Positions 37,969 through 46,335 of a stretch of 64,000 bases of DNA are shown in pieces. Source of the stretch: an uncultured virus (IMG/VR IMGVR_UViG_3300027847_002832) (Duplodnaviria > Heunggongvirae > Uroviricota > Caudoviricetes); IMG/VR virus record IMGVR_UViG_3300027847_002832; one strand, 5' to 3'. The number at the start of each line of letters is the position of its first letter. Within the stretch, counting starts at the first letter, position 1. The notes beneath the pieces are model-generated. The model worked only from the letters and a program-made list of their open reading frames with translations, had not been told where the DNA came from and searched no databases. Made by a program: the position numbers and the translations under genes.

Positions 37969-38613
37969 TTAACTACCGCAAACTGAATCAATTCCTGCTA
38001 TCCAAGAAATCTGAGGACTTCCAGCAGCAGCTTTGAGTCGGAATGAAGAAACAACCAATGATCCTCTTTGGAAAGCTTGAGTTTTTCCAAATGGAATTAC
38101 AAGCTCAACTGCGGCATCTCCATTTATTTCCATTGTTGCGTCGTTAGTTGCGTCTAAATTGTCTAGTTGCAGGAATCTTGCAGCCCCACCATAAGTTGTC
38201 ACAAGATCAACTGCTACAGTTGCGTAACTTGTGTTCAAAGTGGTTTCAGTGTTTCCAGCAGCAAAAGAGTTTTCTCCACTAATTGCGCTGTAAGTAGAAC
38301 CATCATCGGTCACTACTTCAATGAACGCAAATTCTTTAGCAACTTGTGGAAAAGCAAATTGCTTCCAGTAATTGCAATCAGTAAACGTCTCGCCATCAGT
38401 AAGAAGGCGATATTTTTTACTTGGCCCAGCGGCGAAAATTGAACGCTGTGGCGAAACAGCACCAGAGTTTGGGAAATCTGCACCGAACGGTTCTCCAACT
38501 TGCCCGTAAGTAGCAGCTTGTGTGCCAGTACCGGTAGCAAGCGGGTGCGTCGATGGATCGAAATCCAAAAGTCCCTGATTTATATGTTGAAGTCTTACCT
38601 TAAATACAGACAT
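37969..38613 (-). CDS. Putative virion structural protein, paralogue B
   Basis: Paralogue of 37225..37866. Confidence 0.65.
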   Translation of the reverse strand: MSVFKVRLQHINQGLLDFDPSTHPLATGTGTQAATYGQVGEPFGADFPNSGAVSPQRSIFAAGPSKKYRLLTDGETFTDCNYWKQFAFPQVAKEFAFIEVVTDDGSTYSAISGENSFAAGNTETTLNTSYATVAVDLVTTYGGAARFLQLDNLDATNDATMEINGDAAVELVIPFGKTQAFQRGSLVVSSFRLKAAAGSPQISWIAGIDSVCGS

Positions 38614-38641
38614 TTTTGCTCCAAATGTGTCTTAAGTGTTT
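38584..38641. repeat. 58-bp exact direct repeat, copy 2
   Basis: Identical to 37837-37894. Confidence 0.9.
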
Positions 38642-38774
38642 ATTCCCATCCGTTCTTTATTTATGCAGGTAGATCAATACTTTCAATATCATGTGAGCCG
38701 CAGTTCATACAAACATGTACCACTCCTTTGCCATGCTTGCCGCTTCTAAGTTGTAGGAGTGTTATGCTTCACAT

Positions 38775-39383
38775 TTATAAAACAAAAACATCAGCTTTGG
38801 GAAACATGTGCTTATAGAGTCTTGTACCGACGCCAGTTGGAACCAATGTTGTGCGTATTCCTTGAGCAGCCGCTTCGAAGAGTTGCACACTCTCAACTCC
38901 AACTACCCACCCTGCATTTTTGATATCTTTTCTAACCTCTGTTCTATATCCTTGGCTTTCGATTCGTGCTTTTAAGTTATTTAAGTTGTTTCTCTCAATT
39001 GGCATAGTTGGATGAGATCCATCTTTGATGATCACACAAAGGTCTGTCGCTTGAGGCAACACCGTGTCTCTTATTACAAAATTTGTAATGCCAGATTCTA
39101 CAAGCAAATTTTCAACTGGATGAGTTTCCGATAACTTTAGTTCTCTGATATGTGCGAAGTTGTGTCTTTTTACTTTGATTTCAGAAATTTTAAGTATCGG
39201 ACTGCATCCTTCTAAAAGATGAGTTTTGTCATCCTTGCAGCCAAAATAAAGATTGAGACCGGGAAATCTTGCTTCTATGATTGGTTTTAGAAGACGCAGT
39301 TGAACAAGATATTCGTCCGAATGTCCGAAATAACAAAGACAATAATTGTTTTTAACTTTGGCGTATTGAGATAGTTTGATCAT
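38775..39383 (-). CDS. Hypothetical protein, possibly GT-B-fold-like
   Basis: VVGVESVQLFEAAAQGIRT resembles a GT-B C-terminal motif; ATGA coupling at 39380-39383. Confidence 0.5.
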   Translation of the reverse strand: MIKLSQYAKVKNNYCLCYFGHSDEYLVQLRLLKPIIEARFPGLNLYFGCKDDKTHLLEGCSPILKISEIKVKRHNFAHIRELKLSETHPVENLLVESGITNFVIRDTVLPQATDLCVIIKDGSHPTMPIERNNLNNLKARIESQGYRTEVRKDIKNAGWVVGVESVQLFEAAAQGIRTTLVPTGVGTRLYKHMFPKADVFVL

Positions 39384-39727
39384 GTTAGATGACCGCCATT
39401 GAGATGTCGATGGCATTGCTCTAACTCTTTGTATCTCTTCCGTGATCCAAGATGGGTTCTGGCGGTTTGTTTGATTGTGCAAATCTCACATTTTCTCGAA
39501 ACATTTATTACAGGATGTTGCCCGCATTTTTGACAGAGACCGGACTCTCTTAATCTCAAGATTCTACTATGCTTCCGTTCTGTTTGCCTCTTGTGGCATT
39601 TCTGACACATTGTCTTGTTTTCAAGGGGCATCTTGCCGCAGCTTTGACATAGATTCGCCGCTTTTAATCTGGCAATTCTCTTGTTTTGTTGATCAAGTCT
39701 CTGTGATCGCTCTTTGTGTGTTTCCAT
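39380..39727 (-). CDS. CxxC-repeat basic protein, possibly a truncated endonuclease
   Basis: Four CxxC motifs in two repeats; no catalytic HNH visible. Confidence 0.5.
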   Translation of the reverse strand: METHKERSQRLDQQNKRIARLKAANLCQSCGKMPLENKTMCQKCHKRQTERKHSRILRLRESGLCQKCGQHPVINVSRKCEICTIKQTARTHLGSRKRYKELEQCHRHLNGGHLT

Positions 39728-39885
39728 GAAATAAAATAGTAACCTCATCTAACTATCTTATATTATGACCACAGAAAAAGAAAAAGCAGACTTCGGTGCT
39801 GGAACATTCAATTTGTTTTGCAATCAATTTGGAGAAGATGTGTATTCTCACATCATGCTAGAAGTTTTGCTTGAAGGAGTAATCA

Positions 39886-40251
39886 ATGCAGAGGCTTTAT
39901 TTGTACTTGGCGAGCAGGAGCAAGGAAGGGATCAAACTGATAACAGTTCTTCAGGGGAACGGCCAGCCGACGAACTCGGATCTGACGGACCTGATGGAAC
40001 TTGAACTTCCTCCAATTTGGCTTCATCACATACAACAAATTTGTCACGACAATAGAATGCTTTATCATCCAAGGATAGAGTCTTCTACCAATTACGAAGC
40101 TTTAAGAACTAGCTTGAAAGCCAGAGGATATAAGAACATTCCAATGGGCGCATCTCCTTTGTTGCATCTTTCTGGTTATGTTAAAGCTCCTGTTGCAAAC
40201 ACAAGTTCTTGTAAAGTTCAAAGAACAATGATGAGAAAGAGAAAAGACTAA
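39886..40251 (+). CDS. Hypothetical protein
   Basis: AAGGAG RBS; coupled to the next gene. Confidence 0.6.
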   Translation: MQRLYLYLASRSKEGIKLITVLQGNGQPTNSDLTDLMELELPPIWLHHIQQICHDNRMLYHPRIESSTNYEALRTSLKARGYKNIPMGASPLLHLSGYVKAPVANTSSCKVQRTMMRKRKD

Positions 40252-41099
40252 TGGAAGATAGAACACAACACCCCAAGATGGAATACTATCGACATGTTTT
40301 TGAAAACAGCAGTCGATGGGCAGGCGAAGATATCAATGGCAAGAAAGTCATTGTTTATGGCGAACAAGGATTTGGAGACATCATTCAATTTGCTCGGTAC
40401 ATTCCGCTTTTGAAACAAGGCGGATGCGAGATAATGTTCTATTGTCCTAAAGACCTTCATCGTATATTTGGATGCTTAGAAGTACAACTTTTAGACAAAG
40501 ACAATCCTGAACTTCCAGAGCATGATTACCATGTTCTGTCAATGGATTTACCTTTTGTGTTGGGAACTATTGACGCTCCTGATCCTTATATCAGAATTTC
40601 AGAAACACAAGACCTTGAAGAAGGTTTTCTGAATGTGGGAATTGCTTGGGAAGGAAGTCCTGCAAACAAGGTTGGTGGAGATCGTAATTGCCCATTAAAG
40701 CATTTCAAGTTGTTGGAAAAAGAAGGCACTCGTTTGTATTCATTGCAAAAAGTGATTCACACTCCTGAGTTGATTAAAGGGTGTGATGAGATGGATCTTT
40801 ACAGTGTTGATTTAGAAGATTTTTATGAAACCGCTAAATTGGTGGAGTCATTAGATATTGTTGTCACTATTGATACATCTGTAGCTCACCTTGCTGGAGC
40901 TATGGGAAAAACTACATATCTTATTTTAAGTACCGAACGAGATGAGAGATGGGATTCTCATCATTGGTATAAAACTATGGTTTGTATTAGAATGAAAGAC
41001 CGTAATGACTGGGAAAAATGTATGGAAACTGTAGTTTCATTAACTTCTGGTCTCGGCAAAGATTGCGATACAGATTTTTCAGAAGACATATTGAATTAA
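40251..41099 (+). CDS. Glycosyltransferase family 9-like protein
   Basis: EQGFGDIIQFARY, VGIAWEGSP, DIVVTIDTSVAHLAGAMG. Confidence 0.88.
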   Translation: MEDRTQHPKMEYYRHVFENSSRWAGEDINGKKVIVYGEQGFGDIIQFARYIPLLKQGGCEIMFYCPKDLHRIFGCLEVQLLDKDNPELPEHDYHVLSMDLPFVLGTIDAPDPYIRISETQDLEEGFLNVGIAWEGSPANKVGGDRNCPLKHFKLLEKEGTRLYSLQKVIHTPELIKGCDEMDLYSVDLEDFYETAKLVESLDIVVTIDTSVAHLAGAMGKTTYLILSTERDERWDSHHWYKTMVCIRMKDRNDWEKCMETVVSLTSGLGKDCDTDFSEDILN

Positions 41100-41140
41100 A
41101 TCTTAAATCAAAGTACAATTTAACAAGAAATGGAGGTCTT

Positions 41141-42607
41141 ATGTACCAAGGCAAAAATTATATCAACGGAGAATGGCGGGATGTAACTGAATCGTTTGAA
41201 ACAGTTAACCCCGCCACAGAAGAAGTTTATGGAACTTTTCCTAACAGAGTCGAAGAAGCAGGACTGGCAGTAAAAGCCGCTCGTAAATCTTTTGATTCAT
41301 GGAGAAAAGAAAGTCGAGTTAGAAGAGCAGAGTATTTTGATGTTCTTGCACAACTCATTAAGCGTGATCACGATAAGCTTAAAGATGCTATATCGATAGA
41401 GACAGGAAAGAATCTTAATGAGTCACATGCAGAAGTCATTGAAGCTCTCCATATGTGCCAGTTCGCCGCTGCTTCTGGACGAGAGGCATTCGGAACATGT
41501 GTGGCGTCCGAACTTCCTACGAAGGACGCATATGTCATTAGGAAGCCTAGAGGGGTTGTTGCTGTTATCTCTCCTTGGAACTTTCCTCTTGCTATCGGCT
41601 CTTTTTGGAGTTCTGCTCCTGCTCTCGTTGAGGGCAACACCGTTGTACACAAGCCATCTGAGCTTACTCCAATGGTCAACCAAATAGTCACTGAACTTTA
41701 TCATGAAGCTGGTTTCCCAGCAGGTGTTTTCAATCTTATACATGGTGAAGGTGCTGTTGGTGCTGCTCTAGTCAGAAGTGAAGTAGATGTTATTCTTTTC
41801 ACGGGATCGTCAGAAGTCGGTCAGGATATTAGAACACACTGTGCGTCTACTGATTCCAAAAGAACGTGTATTGAATGCGGTTCAAAGTCAGCAACTATTG
41901 TCTTTGATGATGGCGATATGGAATTGGCTCTTGACGCCGCTGTAGCATCTGCTTTCAAACTCTCTGGACAAAGATGTGTTTCGTCAGGACGCTTGATTGT
42001 CCAACGTAGCATCTTTGACAAGTTTGCAGAAGAATACACCAATAGAGTGTCTGCGCTTGTTACAGGCGATCCTTTCAAAGCTCCAGCCGCTTTCTATGGG
42101 CCGCTCATCAGCCACGAGCAAATGGACAAGGTAGAAGCTTTTAATCAACTTGTTCGTGAAGATAGCGATGCAGAAGTTCTTTTGAATGGTGGAAGACTTG
42201 ATCCTGATCCCGGATACTTCCTCACGCCGTTCGTCTATAAGTGCGAATGGGCCAGAGACAAGCCTTTCTTGTCTCAAGAGGTCTTCGGGCCTCATGTTGC
42301 GTTGATTCCTTTCGATGATCTGGACGATGCCATTAGAATTTACAATGATACAGATTATGGTCTTGCTTTAGGAATCGTCACAGATGACTTCCGTAAGCAC
42401 AGAAAAATCGCTCAAGAATGTATCACTGGTATGCTTTATGTCAACGGTGGTTCAATTGCAGCAGAATCTCATATTCCATTTTCTTCATGGAAGAAGAGTG
42501 GGTATGGTGCCAGTGCTGCGGGAACTTACAAAGCTGTTACTCACAGCATGTCCATAACGGTGAACTACGAAGAAGGAAAAGTGAGTTGGGCACAAGGAAT
42601 GGAGTAA
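41141..42607 (+). CDS. NAD(P)-dependent aldehyde dehydrogenase
   Basis: ISPWNFP, KPSE, FTGS, ECGSK, SGQRC, EVFGP; start ATG 41141 with GGAGG. Confidence 0.95.
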   Translation: MYQGKNYINGEWRDVTESFETVNPATEEVYGTFPNRVEEAGLAVKAARKSFDSWRKESRVRRAEYFDVLAQLIKRDHDKLKDAISIETGKNLNESHAEVIEALHMCQFAAASGREAFGTCVASELPTKDAYVIRKPRGVVAVISPWNFPLAIGSFWSSAPALVEGNTVVHKPSELTPMVNQIVTELYHEAGFPAGVFNLIHGEGAVGAALVRSEVDVILFTGSSEVGQDIRTHCASTDSKRTCIECGSKSATIVFDDGDMELALDAAVASAFKLSGQRCVSSGRLIVQRSIFDKFAEEYTNRVSALVTGDPFKAPAAFYGPLISHEQMDKVEAFNQLVREDSDAEVLLNGGRLDPDPGYFLTPFVYKCEWARDKPFLSQEVFGPHVALIPFDDLDDAIRIYNDTDYGLALGIVTDDFRKHRKIAQECITGMLYVNGGSIAAESHIPFSSWKKSGYGASAAGTYKAVTHSMSITVNYEEGKVSWAQGME

Positions 42608-42621
42608 GCATACATACTCGT

Positions 42622-42807
42622 ATGCCTGATACTCCATTTGGAATGCCGATATTCAATCCACATGATTTTCGTATCTGCGGTTGGGTGGAATCAGAAGATG
42701 TGATTCTTATTCACCGTGGAGACGAATATCATTATACGGATTTTTTAGGCGTAATTTTTCTTGATAAGCCGCCAAAAGATTTTGATTGGAGAAAGGAAGG
42801 ATTCTAG
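42622..42807 (+). CDS. Small protein ending in WRKEGF
   Basis: ORF after ALDH; C-terminus DFDWRKEGF. Confidence 0.55.
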   Translation: MPDTPFGMPIFNPHDFRICGWVESEDVILIHRGDEYHYTDFLGVIFLDKPPKDFDWRKEGF

Positions 42808-42815
42808 GAGGATAA

Positions 42816-43283
42816 TTGGAAATACATTTTACAGAACATGAAGATTTGATGAGAAGGCAAACTGTTATATCAGCATACACTCAAGTTGGTAACAGGCGTG
42901 TCCAATCTCGAATGTATGTTTCGTTAGATAACTACCGTCAAAATTACATAGACTCAGCATACCAATTGCTTAAAGATGAAGTGAGGCAAAGAGCTTTGAC
43001 AGAAATGAGGTCTCAACAGCATTACTCAAATAGAGATGCTGTGAGGGATTCAGACGATGCAAATGATGCACGTGAAGCTGCTATGACAGCATTGTTTGGA
43101 TTACCGGCTCGTAGAGTTGATGCCATGCCAGTTCCATTATATGATCTTCAAAATGGTCGTCCTGTGTTTCCGTTAGACCTAAACAGAGGGGCTTGGATAG
43201 AGAATTACAGATATTCAGAAAACAGTGGTGGCCGGGCGAAAATGACCAAGGATAAAGTGAACTGGTTGAAGGAGGGATTTTGA
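42816..43283 (+). CDS. Hypothetical protein ending in WLKEGF
   Basis: TTG start with AGGAGG RBS; C-terminus KVNWLKEGF. Confidence 0.65.
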   Translation: MEIHFTEHEDLMRRQTVISAYTQVGNRRVQSRMYVSLDNYRQNYIDSAYQLLKDEVRQRALTEMRSQQHYSNRDAVRDSDDANDAREAAMTALFGLPARRVDAMPVPLYDLQNGRPVFPLDLNRGAWIENYRYSENSGGRAKMTKDKVNWLKEGF

Positions 43284-43468
43284 CAGATCGTATATTGAAA
43301 GCAACATGGTCTCTTGAAGCCCAACAAGATTTAGAAGCGTGGCACGGTATTGCAATTGAAGAACTAACCCGTAATATAATAATAGACATGGATCGGGACT
43401 TCATACGATGGGCTAACATGGCGACTGTTGTTGAATCAACAGTCAATTGGAAGAAAGAAGGATTTTAA
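43280..43468 (+). CDS. Mini-protein carrying a gp23 capsid fragment, ending in WKKEGF
   Basis: RILKATWSLEAQQDL versus MCP RKLKAVWSYEAQQDL (12/15 identical); TTG start overlapping the previous stop. Confidence 0.7.
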   Translation: MTDRILKATWSLEAQQDLEAWHGIAIEELTRNIIIDMDRDFIRWANMATVVESTVNWKKEGF

Positions 43469-43469
43469 G

Positions 43470-44348
43470 ATGGATACAATCGGAATCATAGGACAAGGTT
43501 TTGTTGGGACAGCTATTTTCGAGGGAATGAAACACGCTTTCGAAATTTGGGCTTATGACATCAAAACAGGAGTCACAGGATGGATGGGCGGCAAGGGATT
43601 TGAGACAAGCACAGGATCAAGTGTTGAAAGTGGATTTAAGCAAATTCTTGCTAAATGCGACATCATTTTTGTTTGCCTTCCAACGCCCATGAACCCAGAT
43701 GGAACGTGTAATACAAAAATTGTGGAAGATGCTGTCAACATGCTTGATGAACTCAATCCCGGCGATCACAAAGTTATCGTGATCAAATCTACTGTGCCAC
43801 CGGGAACTACAGAAGGTCTTAATAAAACTTCTGGAGATTGGGTTTGCTTCAACCCTGAGTTCCTTACAGAGCGTACTTCTGTTGAGGATTTCAAGAACCA
43901 AGACAGAATCATCATAGGTGGACCACGAGAAGGTACTAACGTACTTAAAGCAATGTATGAAAAAGCATACCCAAACGTACCTGTCACTAAGACATCATCA
44001 ACCATTGCAGAACTCGTAAAGTACACGACTAATTGTTTTCTTGCTACAAAAGTTGCATTTGCTAACGAGGTTGCTCAAGTCTGTGATTCTTTAGATGAAG
44101 ATTATGACAAGGTTGTGGAATACGCCACTAAGGACAATCGACTGGGCAACTCACATTGGTCTGTTCCGGGGCCTGATGGCAAGAAAGGGTTTGGCGGCAG
44201 TTGTTTTCCAAAAGACCTTAACGCATTCATACAGATGGCAGGAGACCTTGATGTGTATTGTCATACTTTGCAAGGGGCATGGCAAACTAATTGTAAGGTT
44301 CGTCCAGAAAAAGATTGGGAACAACTTAAAGGCAGAGCGGTTACTTAA
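43470..44348 (+). CDS. UDP-glucose/GDP-mannose dehydrogenase family protein (short form)
   Basis: GQGFVG, CLPTP, IKSTVPPGTT, FNPEFL, AELVKY, GFGGSCFPKD. Confidence 0.9.
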   Translation: MDTIGIIGQGFVGTAIFEGMKHAFEIWAYDIKTGVTGWMGGKGFETSTGSSVESGFKQILAKCDIIFVCLPTPMNPDGTCNTKIVEDAVNMLDELNPGDHKVIVIKSTVPPGTTEGLNKTSGDWVCFNPEFLTERTSVEDFKNQDRIIIGGPREGTNVLKAMYEKAYPNVPVTKTSSTIAELVKYTTNCFLATKVAFANEVAQVCDSLDEDYDKVVEYATKDNRLGNSHWSVPGPDGKKGFGGSCFPKDLNAFIQMAGDLDVYCHTLQGAWQTNCKVRPEKDWEQLKGRAVT

Positions 44349-45089
44349 ATGGAACTTATATTAGTCACAACAACAACTGAAGACTGGAATAGTTTTGAAA
44401 GTGCAAAATCTTTTCAAGACTATGCTACATCCATAGGTTGGTGTCGTTCTACTAATCAAAGTTATGATATGTTTTTTGAAAGATTGCAGCAATGGGAAGA
44501 CAACCTGTCTCCTTCTTTCTTTGAAATTCGACATCGAATGAAAGAGATAGCTGAAAAAAATTGGGCAAGATTAGACTGCGAAATCTATCGTTCTGATAGA
44601 GGCAGTTATTTTAACAAAGACACCATCATAATTATTTCAGACGACGATGATTGGTACAATCCAGCAGTTGTAGAAGATGTCAAAGAGGCATTTAGAGAAA
44701 GAGATGACATCGATCTTATTTATTGGGATTGTTGGCAATACTCTACTTTCTCGGTTGAGAAATTCATCAAAAACAATTCTCTTATTGGAAGCAACTGCTT
44801 TGCTTTAAGAGGTGGATTTCATTGGAATTGTTATTCAGCAGGTGCTCACACCAGAGTATATGATAATTTCGATAAAGAAAAGATCATGCACCTTCCAAAC
44901 AAGGAGCTAAGCTTATGGAACGTACACTTGGCTTCTTTTAGCATGTTGCGTTCCATAGCAAAAGAAGACGGGATTGGCAAATTTGGCATTATATCTGATC
45001 AAAGAGCAGTCAGGCCCTCAAAGTTTGATTGGGCCGAAAAAGAAATTGAAGAACTTTACTGTTTGATGAGAAGTGTTAACTTTTCTTGA
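44349..45089 (+). CDS. Hypothetical protein, possible GT-A-like
   Basis: IIIISDDDDWY DxD-like motif; within the glycosylation cluster. Confidence 0.5.
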   Translation: MELILVTTTTEDWNSFESAKSFQDYATSIGWCRSTNQSYDMFFERLQQWEDNLSPSFFEIRHRMKEIAEKNWARLDCEIYRSDRGSYFNKDTIIIISDDDDWYNPAVVEDVKEAFRERDDIDLIYWDCWQYSTFSVEKFIKNNSLIGSNCFALRGGFHWNCYSAGAHTRVYDNFDKEKIMHLPNKELSLWNVHLASFSMLRSIAKEDGIGKFGIISDQRAVRPSKFDWAEKEIEELYCLMRSVNFS

Positions 45090-45408
45090 TTTTAACGCAG
45101 AATCGTGGAATGATGAATTCTCCTGAATCAACTTCAACATGAACTTTTTTGCCTTCTACGGACAAAACAGTTCCACCGTTTAGCTTAAATTCAGCAACTA
45201 ATTGCTCCGCATCATCATCACATTCTATTTTTTCAATAAGCTTGCCTTCGCTTACTTTTGATTTGACTCTATTGCCAATATATTTTTCATTAGGGTCTGC
45301 CTGAAAATTAAAGAAATCAGACATTCCATTCTGGTCTGAAAACCAGTCTTTGAAATCAGATATTGATCTGTATTTAGGTTGTTGTTGTTGTTGTTGTTGT
45401 TGTTCCAT
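45076..45408 (-). CDS. Small protein with poly-Gln N-terminus
   Basis: AAGGAG RBS before MEQQQ; SH3-like beta-rich C-terminus. Confidence 0.6.
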   Translation of the reverse strand: MEQQQQQQQQPKYRSISDFKDWFSDQNGMSDFFNFQADPNEKYIGNRVKSKVSEGKLIEKIECDDDAEQLVAEFKLNGGTVLSVEGKKVHVEVDSGEFIIPRFCVKIKKS

Positions 45409-46291
45409 TTGTGACTCCTTTCTCCTCCGATAGTTCGTCTTCAAAGAAGCGTCTTGCTTCTTCCTTACATTTTATATAGGAAGCATTAACGTATTTCGAC
45501 CCATTCGAATAGTCTGCCACTTCTACTATGGCGTCTTCTTGATTTTTAATCCAATACAAATTGGCATCTATTATTTCTTGGCTTCTTAAATGTTGTGGGT
45601 AACTCCAGAGTCCGTTGTCTAACTGAACTGCGAAATCCCTTTCTTTTTCAAAGGAATCGTCACAGCACATGAGCATCAGCTTTTTTACTTTGAATTGATA
45701 TGCAAGACCTATGGCCGCACATATAGGGTTTCTATAATCATCTATGTAATATCCAGATTTCCTGCTTGTTCCAAAACTATCTTCCGGTGATGGCTCGTAA
45801 ACATATACGTCTCCTTTGTATTTGTTTAAGAATTCGTGATTTGTTCTTGATGAAGCCAAGCAAGTAGGATAATATTGAATATCTTTTTTTGGCAGATATC
45901 TTAAACATTCTTTATAAGGGTTGTTTGCAATGTATCCATTGATGCTTCTTCTGTTTTCTGCATCAATTTTAGGAGACATCAATTCCCAAAATCTTAAAGC
46001 TCCATTTGTGGTCAGTATTGCAACATCTTTTGGGAAGTCTTGCATGTCATGATGTATTTTGCTAAAATTAAACCCATCAGACACGATCACTATCTTGTCA
46101 AATATGAGCAATTCATCTGAAACTTGAGGATACTTCACATTTCTTGAAGTATTGGAAAACACTTCTTGATAGTCTTCCTTTGTAAACATGTAGTTCAAAG
46201 AAAGAGGTTTAACATTCTTATCAAAATTGCGCACCCACAAGTCCCCAGCACGGATATATTCGTTATTCGTCGAGTGGGGTTTTATGTGCAT
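45374..46291 (-). CDS. Hypothetical protein, Maf/DUF115-like glycosyltransferase-related
   Basis: IVIVSDG..F, ILTTNGAL, AAIGLAYQF.VKKLMLMCCD. Confidence 0.55.
   Translation of the reverse strand: MHIKPHSTNNEYIRAGDLWVRNFDKNVKPLSLNYMFTKEDYQEVFSNTSRNVKYPQVSDELLIFDKIVIVSDGFNFSKIHHDMQDFPKDVAILTTNGALRFWELMSPKIDAENRRSINGYIANNPYKECLRYLPKKDIQYYPTCLASSRTNHEFLNKYKGDVYVYEPSPEDSFGTSRKSGYYIDDYRNPICAAIGLAYQFKVKKLMLMCCDDSFEKERDFAVQLDNGLWSYPQHLRSQEIIDANLYWIKNQEDAIVEVADYSNGSKYVNASYIKCKEEARRFFEDELSEEKGVTNGTTTTTTTTT
45378..45404. repeat. (GTT)9 trinucleotide microsatellite
   Basis: Seen directly; lies in the overlap of two minus-strand ORFs. Confidence 0.9.
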
Positions 46292-46335
46292 TTGTGTAAC
46301 CTGTGTTGTTTAGTATGATAAAAATAATTTTGCCA

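Noticed and set aside
39765..40004. 79-aa ORF overlapping 39886..40251
   Set aside because: Half overlaps another ORF that has a better RBS; may be real but cannot be supported.
42418..42621. 5' extension of the 129-aa ORF overlapping ALDH
   Set aside because: Out-of-frame overlap with a well-supported gene; a start near 42622 is more plausible.
43040..43100. DSDDANDAREAAM as a terminase nuclease-motif fragment in the tagged 155-aa protein
   Set aside because: Too short and low-complexity to support by eye.
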